Positions 17,150-25,924 of a DNA stretch of 39,531 bases are shown here, piece after piece (the stretch's first letter is position 1; each line of letters begins with the position of its first letter). Position numbers and translations under genes: made by a program. The DNA comes from an uncultured Gammaproteobacteria bacterium. GTDB taxonomy: Bacteria > Patescibacteriota > Patescibacteriia > Patescibacteriales > CAYMCJ01. Location of the stretch: contig CAYNBD010000001.1 of NCBI GenBank assembly GCA_964395755.1, forward strand, positions 1 to 39,531, written 5' to 3'. The notes under the pieces are model-generated. The model did no database searches, was not told where the DNA came from, and was given only the letters and a program-made list of their open reading frames with translations.

Positions 17150-17719
17150 ATGATTAACAAAAAATTTATTCAAAAATTGAAAAAGGAATATGACAATTGG
17201 GAAAGCGAAAGGCGGCAGATTATCAGTTTGTCCAATCTCGTTTTGCACGGTTCCAAGCGGGTTATTTTTGCCCTGCACCGGGGCGACGTTAAGACTGCAG
17301 CCATGAAATTGGATGAAGTTGAAAAGTTGTTGTATCAATTGGAGAAAAAATTCGGTTTTATCAGGATTTTGGCAGAAGGGGCCTATCGGGCCGGGGCGGA
17401 GGAATACGTGGAAGCGAAGATGTTTTTGCGGGTGATGAAAGGAGACAAAGTTGATAAAATTAACAAGATTAAAGTTAATTTTGACGGTTATTTGGGCGGT
17501 ATTTGTGATTTAACCGGCGAGTTGGTGCGGCGGGCGGTTAATCTGGCTGCGGCCGGAAGAATAACGGAAGTGGAAAAAATAAAACAGGCCATCGGTGACA
17601 TTATGGCCGAGTTGGTTGAGTTTGATTTAACCGGCTATTTGCGCACCAAGTATGATCAAGCCAAAAGCAATTTAAAAAAAATTGAGCAGATTGATTATGA
17701 AATTAAGATAAGAAAGTAA
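17150..17719 (+). CDS. Translin-family protein
   Basis: GYLGGICDLTGELVRRAV matches the translin/TRAX signature (YLLG..DLTGEL.R). All-helical, 189 aa. I prefer ATG 17150 over TTG 17117. Confidence 0.65.
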   Translation: MINKKFIQKLKKEYDNWESERRQIISLSNLVLHGSKRVIFALHRGDVKTAAMKLDEVEKLLYQLEKKFGFIRILAEGAYRAGAEEYVEAKMFLRVMKGDKVDKINKIKVNFDGYLGGICDLTGELVRRAVNLAAAGRITEVEKIKQAIGDIMAELVEFDLTGYLRTKYDQAKSNLKKIEQIDYEIKIRK

Positions 17720-17730
17720 TTGGTTATCAT

Positions 17731-18870
17731 ATGCGAAAAAAATATTTCCAGGCGATTGCCGTGATGGTCGGTTACGTTATCGGTGTGGGAATGTTCGGTT
17801 TACCGTTTTTAATTTCCCGGGCCGGTTTGCTGGCCTTTTTTGTTTTGCTGGTTGTTTTGTCTTTGGCTCAGTATCTCATACATTTAATTTATGCCAACTT
17901 GATTTTGGTCACCAACGGTTATCACCGCTTGCCCGGTTATGTCGGGATTTATTTTGGCAAAAAGGGCAAGAATTTGGTTTTTATCGCCAAGCTGATAGGA
18001 AGCTACGGCGCCTTGTTGGCCTATATTATTATTACCGGCATTTTTCTTAATCAGCTGTTATCCCCCCTTATGGGCGGCAGTGAATTTATCTATGCTACCA
18101 TCCTGTTCGCCCTGGAGGCCTTGGTGGTTTTTTTCGGCATCGGCATGGTGGCCAGAGTGGAACTTTTTATGACTGCCTTTCTTTTGCTGGCGGTGATGAT
18201 GATCACTTGGCGGGGTTGGGGCGCGATTAATTTGGACAATTATACTTTAGTGAGCTGGCCTTTGTTTTTTATCCCTTACGGCGCCATGCTTTATGCCCTG
18301 GACGGCAGCGGGGCCTTGCCCCTGGTAGCCAAAATTTTAAACAAGAAGCGGGAGGATATGAAAAAGGTGGTGCGGATAGGTACTTTTTTGCCGGCATTGG
18401 TGATTATGGTTTTTGTTTTGGTGATTGTCGGGATCAGCGGCGGCCAGACCACCCCCGACGCTTTGGTCGGGGTGAGCGGGATACTTAAAGACGGCGTAAT
18501 ATTGTTTGCTCTTATTTTCGGAGTGCTTACCATGATAACCTCTTTTTTCGGCGTGGCGGAAGCGATCAAGGAAACTTTGTGGTGGGATTTTAAAATGAAT
18601 AAACATTGGTCCTGGGCTTTGGCCGTTTTTGTTCCTTATGCGCTGTATTTGTTAGGTTTTAAAAATTTAATTAACGTTATCGGTTTTTCCGGCGCCGTGG
18701 CCGGCGGTTTCTGCGCCATTATGCTGATGTTGGTATTTTTGAAATTGAAAAAAAGCAGAACCGAGTTGGCGCTTTTTAATTATAAGCCGGGGAAATTAAT
18801 TTCTTATTTTTTGCTTGGGCTTTTTGTTGCCGGAATAATTTACGAAATTTATTATTTTATTAATTTATAA
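17731..18870 (+). CDS. Amino acid permease-type transporter (about 11 TM)
   Basis: N-terminus AIAVMVGYVIGVGMFGLPFLISRAG is typical of the Trp/Tyr-permease / Aa_trans type. Multiple TM segments. Confidence 0.65.
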   Translation: MRKKYFQAIAVMVGYVIGVGMFGLPFLISRAGLLAFFVLLVVLSLAQYLIHLIYANLILVTNGYHRLPGYVGIYFGKKGKNLVFIAKLIGSYGALLAYIIITGIFLNQLLSPLMGGSEFIYATILFALEALVVFFGIGMVARVELFMTAFLLLAVMMITWRGWGAINLDNYTLVSWPLFFIPYGAMLYALDGSGALPLVAKILNKKREDMKKVVRIGTFLPALVIMVFVLVIVGISGGQTTPDALVGVSGILKDGVILFALIFGVLTMITSFFGVAEAIKETLWWDFKMNKHWSWALAVFVPYALYLLGFKNLINVIGFSGAVAGGFCAIMLMLVFLKLKKSRTELALFNYKPGKLISYFLLGLFVAGIIYEIYYFINL

Positions 18871-18963
18871 GCGGTTTATTAAAGCCACAACGATTTTATG
18901 CCCGCCTGTCCGTAATGGCAATAAACGCCCGGGCCCGTTATTAAATAATTCAATTAATATTAT

Positions 18964-20148
18964 ATGACGGTAAATATTTTTTTATTTTTAAGCTTCGTAT
19001 TTTTATTTACTTTTTTGGTGGGCAGGCTGATAGAAAAGGCTAGAGTTCCCTGGATTTTTTCCGCCTTGATTTTAGGCGCCTTATTGGCTGTTCATAATCC
19101 CTTTACCGCCATTACCGATTCTGGTATTTTTATTTTTTTAGCCAACCTGGGTATGTATTTTTTGCTTTTTATGATTGGGTTGGAAATTGATTTGGAAAAG
19201 TTTAAAAAAGCGAGTTTGTTTATTTTCAAGTCCACTTTTGTCATCATATTTCTTGAGGCGGCCTTCGGTTCCTTGCTGATTCATTACGTTTTTGGATATG
19301 CCTGGTTTATAGCTTTTATAGTTTCTTTATCTTTTGCTACCGTCGGTGAAGCGATATTAATTCCAATTTTGGACGAATTCAAAATAATAAATACTAAATT
19401 CGGGCAGAGCCTTATCGGCATCGGTACCCTGGACGATATTATTGAACTTATTTTGTTAATGATAGTTATTTTTTTAGTCGGCTCCCATGCCGCGGCAGGC
19501 TATCGGGCCGATGCTTTAATGACAGGGAATGTATTAGTTGTGTTGGTTTTATTATTTATTTTGTTTAGTTTGACTTATGGCATATCAAAATTTCGAAATA
19601 AAATTGAAAAGTTTAATCATTTTCCGATTGAAGTACTGTTTCTTTTTTCGCTTTTTCTCTTCTTTTTATATTTAGGGATTGGTGAGTATGCGCACGCCGC
19701 TCCGATCGCGGCTTTGCTGTCCGGAATCTCCATTAAGACTTTTGCTAATGCCAATAGACTGAAAGCAATAGAAAGCGAAATCAGGACAATGTGTTATGGT
19801 TTTTTTGCTCCCATCTTTTTTCTTTGGGCAGGGATAACCATGGACATTAAATATCTTATTGCCAGTCCTTTGCTTGTTTTGTTGATTATTATAGTATCTA
19901 ATGGCGTTAAATTATTGGGAAGCTACATCATGACCAGAAAGCAACTGGGAAACAAACAGTCAATACTGTTAGGCATTGGCTTGTCGGCCAGGTTTAGCAC
20001 CAGTATTGTTATTATCAAGATTTTGTTTGATAATAACATAATTGATAATAATATTTATTCGGTTATAATAGCTTCCAGCATAATATTTACGTTTATTATT
20101 CCGATATTATTTTCTTCTTTATTGGTGAAATGGAAAGTAAACGGATGA
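18964..20148 (+). CDS. Cation:proton antiporter (Na_H_Exchanger/CPA family)
   Basis: About 11-12 TM, GLEIDLEKFKK motif, ATVGEAILIPIL. Strongly AT-rich. Confidence 0.7.
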   Translation: MTVNIFLFLSFVFLFTFLVGRLIEKARVPWIFSALILGALLAVHNPFTAITDSGIFIFLANLGMYFLLFMIGLEIDLEKFKKASLFIFKSTFVIIFLEAAFGSLLIHYVFGYAWFIAFIVSLSFATVGEAILIPILDEFKIINTKFGQSLIGIGTLDDIIELILLMIVIFLVGSHAAAGYRADALMTGNVLVVLVLLFILFSLTYGISKFRNKIEKFNHFPIEVLFLFSLFLFFLYLGIGEYAHAAPIAALLSGISIKTFANANRLKAIESEIRTMCYGFFAPIFFLWAGITMDIKYLIASPLLVLLIIIVSNGVKLLGSYIMTRKQLGNKQSILLGIGLSARFSTSIVIIKILFDNNIIDNNIYSVIIASSIIFTFIIPILFSSLLVKWKVNG

Positions 20149-20263
20149 ACATATTTATCATCCGGGGAGGCAGAAAGAAGCCAGAGACTAAGTGGTATTC
20201 TATTTCTAAGCATGAAACCGACGAAATCTAATCGGGCGGCTGAAGTCGGTCCATTAATTTTTT

Positions 20264-20770
20264 ATGAAAATTTTAATAGTTTCCGACAGTCATGACAATA
20301 TTCCCAACATTGATAAAATGTTGAATTTTGCCCGACGGAAAAAAATCAAGATTATGTTGCATTGCGGTGACGTGTGCGCGCCCGGGGTGCTGGAATACAT
20401 TGTAAAAAATTTTAGCGGCGATATTTATCTGGTTTTCGGGAACGTTGACGGCGATCGGGAAGCGATGAGTCGTTTAGGCAAAAAAATTTCCCGCCTCCAT
20501 ATTGTGGGCGAAGAGGACGGACCGCGGATTAAAGGATTGGATTTGCATATCGGTATGACGCATTATCCGGCCCAGGCAGCGGCTTTGGCCAGAACGGGTA
20601 AATATGAAATTGTTTTTTACGGCCATGACCATAAACCCTGGGAGAAGACAGTGTCCGGTACCAGACTGGTTAATCCCGGTACTTTAGCCGGATTGTTCCA
20701 GAAAGCTACTTTTGCGGTCTGGGAAACGGAGACCGGAAAATTGGAATTAAAGCTATTACAATTAATGTAG
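20264..20770 (+). CDS. YfcE/MJ0936-family metallophosphoesterase
   Basis: MKILIVSDSHDN, HCGDV, GNVDGD, GHDHKP. Confidence 0.8.
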   Translation: MKILIVSDSHDNIPNIDKMLNFARRKKIKIMLHCGDVCAPGVLEYIVKNFSGDIYLVFGNVDGDREAMSRLGKKISRLHIVGEEDGPRIKGLDLHIGMTHYPAQAAALARTGKYEIVFYGHDHKPWEKTVSGTRLVNPGTLAGLFQKATFAVWETETGKLELKLLQLM

Positions 20771-20890
20771 TTAATTAGTGAGATAGTTGAATTAGTTAAA
20801 TAGTTAAGTCATTAACGAATGGTTTGTCGGCATTATTCTAGATGTATTAATCATAGGTTAACAATTGTCAATAATAGTTAATAGTGAGTG
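20771..20890. repeat. Stuttered-word spacer (TAGTTAA/TTAAT words)
   Basis: GTTAATTAGTGAGATAGTTGAATTAGTTAAATAGTTAAGTCATTAAC ... GTCAATAATAGTTAATAGTGAGTGGTTAAT. Confidence 0.7.
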
Positions 20891-20896
20891 GTTAAT

Positions 20897-21673
20897 ATGG
20901 ATAATGGTATCAAAAAAACAGCCCTGGCGGCGGTCAAAAAGGCTGGTCGTGTATTACTGGGCGAATATAAAAATTTTGACCGCCAGCGGATCAGACTAAA
21001 ATCGCATCACGAAATTTTAACCCGGGCTGATTTGTTGTCCGAAGAAATTATTATAAAAGAAATCAGAAAAAAATTCCCCCGGCACCGCATTTTATCCGAG
21101 GAAGCGGGCGAACTTAAGAGTACTTCCGACTATATCTGGATCATTGATCCTTTGGACGGCACCACCAATTTTTCCATGCATAATCCTTTGTGGTCGGTTT
21201 CGCTGGCCCTGGCTTACCGGGAAGAGTTGGTGATGGGGCTGGTTTACGCTCCGGTTTTGTCTGAATTATTCAGCGCGGCCAAGGGTCGGGGCGCTTATTT
21301 AAACGGCCGGAAGATTAAGGTTTCCGGCGCTCATGGCCCTAAGACTTTGAACACTTTTTGCCACGGCCGGGAAGAAAAGCACGTCAGGCAAGCGCTTAGA
21401 TATTACGCTTATCAAAAATTGCACGCCCTGGATTGCCGGCAATTGGGCAGTGCGGCGATTGAGCTGGCTTACGTAGCCAGTGGTCGGATTGAGTCAATCG
21501 TTATCCCGGGCGCCAACGCCTGGGACGTGGCCGCCGGCATTTTATTGGTCAGGGAAGCCGGTGGCCGGGTAACGGATTTTGCCGGCAAAGATTGGAATTT
21601 AAACGGCGGCGATATGATAGCCAGTAACGGCAGGGTGCACAGCGAGATTTTAGGAGTGTTGAGGAAAAAGTGA
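20897..21673 (+). CDS. Inositol monophosphatase-family phosphatase (SuhB/CysQ-like)
   Basis: SEE...W.IDPLDGTTNF motif and AWDVAAG motif. I prefer ATG 20897 over GTG 20888. Confidence 0.8.
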   Translation: MDNGIKKTALAAVKKAGRVLLGEYKNFDRQRIRLKSHHEILTRADLLSEEIIIKEIRKKFPRHRILSEEAGELKSTSDYIWIIDPLDGTTNFSMHNPLWSVSLALAYREELVMGLVYAPVLSELFSAAKGRGAYLNGRKIKVSGAHGPKTLNTFCHGREEKHVRQALRYYAYQKLHALDCRQLGSAAIELAYVASGRIESIVIPGANAWDVAAGILLVREAGGRVTDFAGKDWNLNGGDMIASNGRVHSEILGVLRKK

Positions 21674-21699
21674 AATTGTATTATTTTTGCCGGCCCAAA

Positions 21700-21769
21700 G
21701 TTATATGTTATAAGTTATATGTTATTGGCAGATTTTATAACCCATAACCGATAACATATAATCAATAAC
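21700..21769. repeat. Word palindrome (GTTATAT/ATAAC words)
   Basis: GTTATATGTTATAAGTTATATGTTAT faces ATAACCCATAACCGATAACATATAATCAATAAC. Confidence 0.8.
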
Positions 21770-21778
21770 CGTCTCCGT

Positions 21779-23356
21779 ATGTATTTTAAAGTTATCAAAA
21801 TATTTTTTATATTTTTTATTATATTATTTATTTCCGCTTGCGCTATGAAAGATAATAATTTAAAAAATGTCAGGCCGGCTTTGACGGCCGGGCAGTATTA
21901 TCCGGCCGCGCCCGCGTTGCTGGAAGAAAGAATTGCCGGTTTTTTGGACTCGGTGGCAGCAGTCGAAAATCCGGGCGCGGTGCGGGCGATAATGGCGCCT
22001 CATGCCGGTTTGGATTACAGCGGCCGGGTGGCGGCCAGCGCCTACAAACTTTTAAGCGGCCGAAAAATAAAGACGGCGGTGATAATCTGCAATTCCCATT
22101 CTTCTTATTTCCCGGGCGTGGCCATTGATGAGCATGACGGCTGGGAAACGCCTTTGGGTACGGTAGCGGTTGACCAGGAACTGGCGCGCAAATTGGCAGC
22201 CGCCAGCGCCGCGATTAATTTTAATGACGAGCCTTTTGTCGCCCCGGACCAGACCCTGGAAATTCAGCTGCCTTTCCTGCAGACCGTTTTGGCGGACGGG
22301 TTTAAAATTGTCCCCATATTTTTTGGCAATCAGGGAGATGAGAGCTATAAAGAACTGGCCCGGGCACTGAAAGAAAATTTAAGCGCCGATGATTTAGTAG
22401 TAATTTCCACCGATATGTCGCATTATCCGGCCTATGAAGATGCTAATCGGATTGACAGGCAAACCCTGGAGATTATCAAGGCGGCTGACACGAGCGCTTT
22501 AGAAAAGCATATCGCCGACACGGAGAGCCGGCATATTCCCGCCGAGCAAACCCTGTTGTGCGGGATTGACGGCGTAAAAACCGGGCTGGAATTATATAAG
22601 CTGGCCGGCTGGGGCGAGATTAAAATTTTGTCTTACGCCAATTCCGGCGATATTGCTATTGGCGACAAGGAGAGTGTTGTCGGTTATGGGGCAGTGGCGT
22701 TTTATGAGACGACAACAAACAACGAACAACAAACAACGAACAGCAAACAGACGGCAGGAACAGAAGATAGATTTGACAATTTATTAAATATGAAGCAGCA
22801 AAAAGAACTATTGGATATTGCCCGGAAGACCGTTGAGGCGTTCGTGACCACCGGCAAGATACCGGAATTTAAGGTTGAGGATGAGAGGTTAAATTTGCAG
22901 GAAGGAGCATTCGTGACTTTGCATAAAGACGGGCAGTTGCGGGGCTGTATCGGCCAGATTATGCCCGGCGATCAGCCTTTGTGGCAGGTGGTCAGGGATA
23001 TGGCCGCGGCCGCCTGCGCGGAAGATAACCGTTTTCAGCCGGTGAGCAAAGATGAGCTGGAAAAATTAACTTATGAAATCAGTGTTTTGTCCGCGCCGGA
23101 ATTGATTGCTGACTGGCAAAAAATTGAGTTAGGCAAGCACGGCGTCATTGTCCGCCAGGGGGTACATAGCGGCGTATTTTTACCTCAGGTAGCCGCGGAA
23201 ACCGGCTGGTCGCGGGAGGAATTTTTAAGCCAGCTTTGCTTTCAAAAAGCCGGCCTGGCCCCGGATTGCTATCGGGATAAAGATACGGAATTGCGAATAT
23301 TTACCGCCCAGGTGCTTGGGGAAACACACGAAAAGAACGAAGAAATACGAAAATAA
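21779..23356 (+). CDS. Fusion of a Memo-like domain (AmmeMemoRadiSam system protein B) and an AMMECR1 domain (protein A)
   Basis: N-terminal half has MAPHAGLDYSG. C-terminal half has GAFVTLHKDGQLRGCIGQ. The linker is TTTNNEQQTTNSKQTAG. A possible lipoprotein signal (ILFISAC) applies only if ATG 21779 is used; the alternative ATG 21845 removes it. Confidence 0.8.
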   Translation: MYFKVIKIFFIFFIILFISACAMKDNNLKNVRPALTAGQYYPAAPALLEERIAGFLDSVAAVENPGAVRAIMAPHAGLDYSGRVAASAYKLLSGRKIKTAVIICNSHSSYFPGVAIDEHDGWETPLGTVAVDQELARKLAAASAAINFNDEPFVAPDQTLEIQLPFLQTVLADGFKIVPIFFGNQGDESYKELARALKENLSADDLVVISTDMSHYPAYEDANRIDRQTLEIIKAADTSALEKHIADTESRHIPAEQTLLCGIDGVKTGLELYKLAGWGEIKILSYANSGDIAIGDKESVVGYGAVAFYETTTNNEQQTTNSKQTAGTEDRFDNLLNMKQQKELLDIARKTVEAFVTTGKIPEFKVEDERLNLQEGAFVTLHKDGQLRGCIGQIMPGDQPLWQVVRDMAAAACAEDNRFQPVSKDELEKLTYEISVLSAPELIADWQKIELGKHGVIVRQGVHSGVFLPQVAAETGWSREEFLSQLCFQKAGLAPDCYRDKDTELRIFTAQVLGETHEKNEEIRK

Positions 23357-23383
23357 CGAAAATACGAATATTGTATTCAGCAT

Positions 23384-23411
23384 TTGACGAAAGTTGCAGT
23401 TGCGGTAAAGT
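23384..23411 (+). promoter_or_regulatory. Candidate promoter (TTGACG-16 nt-TAAAGT)
   Basis: TTGACG at 23384-23389 and TAAAGT at 23406-23411. Confidence 0.45.
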
Positions 23412-23417
23412 TGAATA

Positions 23418-23579
23418 TATTTTAATCAAAATAATCATCAGAGAATAAGGCAAGAGTATCGTTAGCGTGGCCGCAGATTATAATCCGCCGATTAGATATA
23501 CTCCCTTATTCCTCTGTTCCCCTCCATCTACGGACGGGCTGGGGGCTAACCGTTTTTTGGTATCCCCCTTGTTATTTTT
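23418..23579 (+). ncRNA. Candidate small RNA of about 160 nt (long hairpin plus terminator)
   Basis: CAGAGAATAAGGCAAGAGTAT (23439-23459) pairs with ATACTCCCTTATTCCTCTG (23498-23516), 17 bp. GGGGG...CCCCC hairpin at 23541-23568, then TTGTTATTTTT. No ORF. A separate rny promoter lies downstream. Confidence 0.4.
23541..23579 (+). terminator. Terminator-like hairpin plus T-rich tail
   Basis: GGGGGCTAACC GTTTTTT GGTATCCCCC TTGTTATTTTT. Confidence 0.45.
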
Positions 23580-23593
23580 GCTTAAAGAGCCTC

Positions 23594-23622
23594 TTTACAA
23601 AGCCATAGGTTTGTGATAGAAT
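23594..23622 (+). promoter_or_regulatory. Extended -10 promoter for rny (TTTACA-17 nt-TGaTAGAAT)
   Basis: TTTACA at 23594-23599, TG at 23614-23615, TAGAAT at 23617-23622. It predicts a 5' UTR of about 230 nt. Confidence 0.6.
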
Positions 23623-23856
23623 AAGTTTTAGTTAAATTATTAAAGAATTCTGTTGTTAAGGGAGAGGTTGGGATAGACACAAAAATGTTTTTAATTTTAG
23701 CAAAAAATTGTGAAAATTAATAAATTTTTAGATTATTTTCTTCAAGTCCAAATAAAAACATTTTTAGGCCGGGAAATTATTAAAAATTTCTAGGTCGGGT
23801 TATTTTGGTGTGATAAAATAACTTCATTAACCACCCTAACAACAGAAGATTGATTT

Positions 23857-25371
23857 ATGGAATACGCGACATATCTTGTTCTGGCTGTGGGCGGTTTTTT
23901 TGTTGGCTACTGGATAAGGAAGAGAAAGGCTCTATCCGAGGTCGGAAGCGCTGAAGCCAAGGCGCAGAAAATTTTAGACGAGACTAAAACCAAGCAGCAG
24001 GAATTATTGCTTAAAGCCCAGGACAAGGCCCTCAAAATCATTGATGAAGCCAAAAAAGAGGAGGAAGGACGGCGGCGGGAGATAAATAATCTTCAGGCCC
24101 GGCTGGAAAAACGGGAAACCGCTTTTTCCCAAAAATTGTTGGAATTGCAGGACAAGCAGCAGCAGCTTTATGACAAGGTTAATAGAGTTGAAGAAGTCAA
24201 GGAAAAAATAAAACAGATTAAGGAAGAGCAGCTGGCCAAACTGGAAAAAATCGCCAAAATGTCCAAAGATGAAGCCCGGGAAGTTTTATTCAAAAACGTA
24301 TCCGAGAACATTAAGGAAGATTTAATGGTACGGATTAACAAGCTGGAAAAAGAAGCCAGCGAGTCGCTGGAAGAAAAAGCCCGGGATTTGCTCGCTGCCG
24401 CCATGCAGAGGCTGGTTTCGGCCTACACGCCGGAAATCACCACCACCACGGTTGATTTGCCCAGTGACGAAATGAAAGGCCGGGTCATCGGCCGGGAAGG
24501 GCGCAACATCAAAGTGATTGAGCAGTTAACCGGTACGGAAATTATCGTTGATGACACTCCCAACGTCATCACGGTTTCCGGTTTTTCCCCGATCAGGCGG
24601 CACGTGGCCAAAAGGGCCCTGGACCGTTTAATCAAAGACGGCCGGATTCAGCCCACCAAAATAGAAGCGGCCGTAGAAGACGCCCGCAAAGAACTGGCCC
24701 TGGACATTAAAAAAGCCGGGGAAGAGGCTTTGTACGAAGTCGGTTTGACCGGTTTTGATCCCAAGCTGGTGCAGATTGTCGGACGCTTGAAATATCGCTC
24801 CAGTTACGGCCAGAACGCTTTGCGCCATTCTTTGGAAGTGGCCCATCTGTCCGCTTTGTTGGCGGAAGAGCTGGGAGCGGACGTAACCGTCGCCAAGAAA
24901 GCCGGTTTACTCCATGATATCGGCAAGGCGGTTGACCATGAGGTCCAGGGCACGCATCCGGAAATCGGGCGCGATATCGCCAAAAAATTCAAACTGCCGC
25001 AGGAAATTATTGATCCGATTGAAACCCATCATGATGACAAGCCGCGCGGCCTGGTGTCCGTGATTGTCAAAGTGGCGGACGCCATTTCCGCGGCCCGGCC
25101 CGGCGCCCGGCGTGACACTTATGAGCAGTATCTGCAGCGCCTGGAAGAACTGGAAAAAATAGCCACTTCTTTTGCCGGCGTGGATAAAACCTACGCGATC
25201 CAGGCCGGCCGGGAAGTCAGGGTGTTCGTGATGCCGGAAGAGATTGACGACTTGAAAGCCCATAACCTGGCCCGTGACATTGCCAAAAAAATCGAGCAGG
25301 AATTAAAATATCCGGGCGAAATTAAAGTCAATGTTATCCGGGAAATGCGGGTGACGGAATATGCCAGATAA
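23857..25371 (+). CDS. rny: Ribonuclease Y
   Basis: N-terminal TM, long coiled coil, KH domain (GRVIGREGRNIKVIEQLTG), HD domain (LLHDIGKA, HHDD). Confidence 0.93.
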   Translation: MEYATYLVLAVGGFFVGYWIRKRKALSEVGSAEAKAQKILDETKTKQQELLLKAQDKALKIIDEAKKEEEGRRREINNLQARLEKRETAFSQKLLELQDKQQQLYDKVNRVEEVKEKIKQIKEEQLAKLEKIAKMSKDEAREVLFKNVSENIKEDLMVRINKLEKEASESLEEKARDLLAAAMQRLVSAYTPEITTTTVDLPSDEMKGRVIGREGRNIKVIEQLTGTEIIVDDTPNVITVSGFSPIRRHVAKRALDRLIKDGRIQPTKIEAAVEDARKELALDIKKAGEEALYEVGLTGFDPKLVQIVGRLKYRSSYGQNALRHSLEVAHLSALLAEELGADVTVAKKAGLLHDIGKAVDHEVQGTHPEIGRDIAKKFKLPQEIIDPIETHHDDKPRGLVSVIVKVADAISAARPGARRDTYEQYLQRLEELEKIATSFAGVDKTYAIQAGREVRVFVMPEEIDDLKAHNLARDIAKKIEQELKYPGEIKVNVIREMRVTEYAR

Positions 25372-25396
25372 AATAAAAGATACAATATCAAAAATA

Positions 25397-25430
25397 AAAA
25401 AGAGGGAGCGGTGCAAACCGTTCCCCTTTT
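25397..25430. terminator. Bidirectional terminator between convergent genes
   Basis: AAAAGAGGGAGCGG TGCAAA CCGTTCCCCTTTT. Confidence 0.7.
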
Positions 25431-25436
25431 GATTGT

Positions 25437-25919
25437 TTAATAAATTTTAAACCTGAATTCGTAAGTATCTTTGCCGATTTTTTTTGGTTTTTTCAATTCT
25501 ACCCGGAAATGTTTTAGCTCTTTAGTGTTCTTTAGATGCCAGCCTTGACAGGGACATATTATTTGAGAAGAATGTGTCGGATAGCCAATGATTACCACTT
25601 CAACCAAAGCCCGGGTTGCTATCTGTTTTCCGTATTCTAAATAATATTCCGTAGAGCCGGCGGTTGTATCCGGCATCTTCGTCTTGATAATAGATAGTCC
25701 CCAATCAATGTATTCCTGAATCAAATCCTGAATCAGTTGGAAAGTGTCCGGCTGGCGCGGATCTATCCCCGGACTAAGGCGATAAACTACCCTCACCCGG
25801 CTACCCTTTTTTGCAAATGCTTGGGAATAAGCAAAACCACAAGCTTTAGCGATACATTCCCACAAAACGTGGTCATAGGTTTCAATCGCCCGGTTAATCA
25901 TTTCCTGGGTTTTTTCCAT
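25437..25919 (-). CDS. Hypothetical protein, 160 aa, no recognisable motif
   Basis: Intact ORF with a strong GAGGAGGAG Shine-Dalgarno. It lies on the opposite strand between rny and the ymdB-like gene. Confidence 0.55.
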   Translation of the reverse strand: MEKTQEMINRAIETYDHVLWECIAKACGFAYSQAFAKKGSRVRVVYRLSPGIDPRQPDTFQLIQDLIQEYIDWGLSIIKTKMPDTTAGSTEYYLEYGKQIATRALVEVVIIGYPTHSSQIICPCQGWHLKNTKELKHFRVELKKPKKIGKDTYEFRFKIY

Positions 25920-25924
25920 GATGC

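Noticed and set aside
20145-20231. 28 aa ORF (MNIFIIRGGRKKPETKWYSISKHETDEI) overlapping the antiporter stop codon by ATGA.
   Set aside because: It is too short to support and has no recognisable family. It could be a gene remnant, and it is mentioned only under the compositional-outlier finding.
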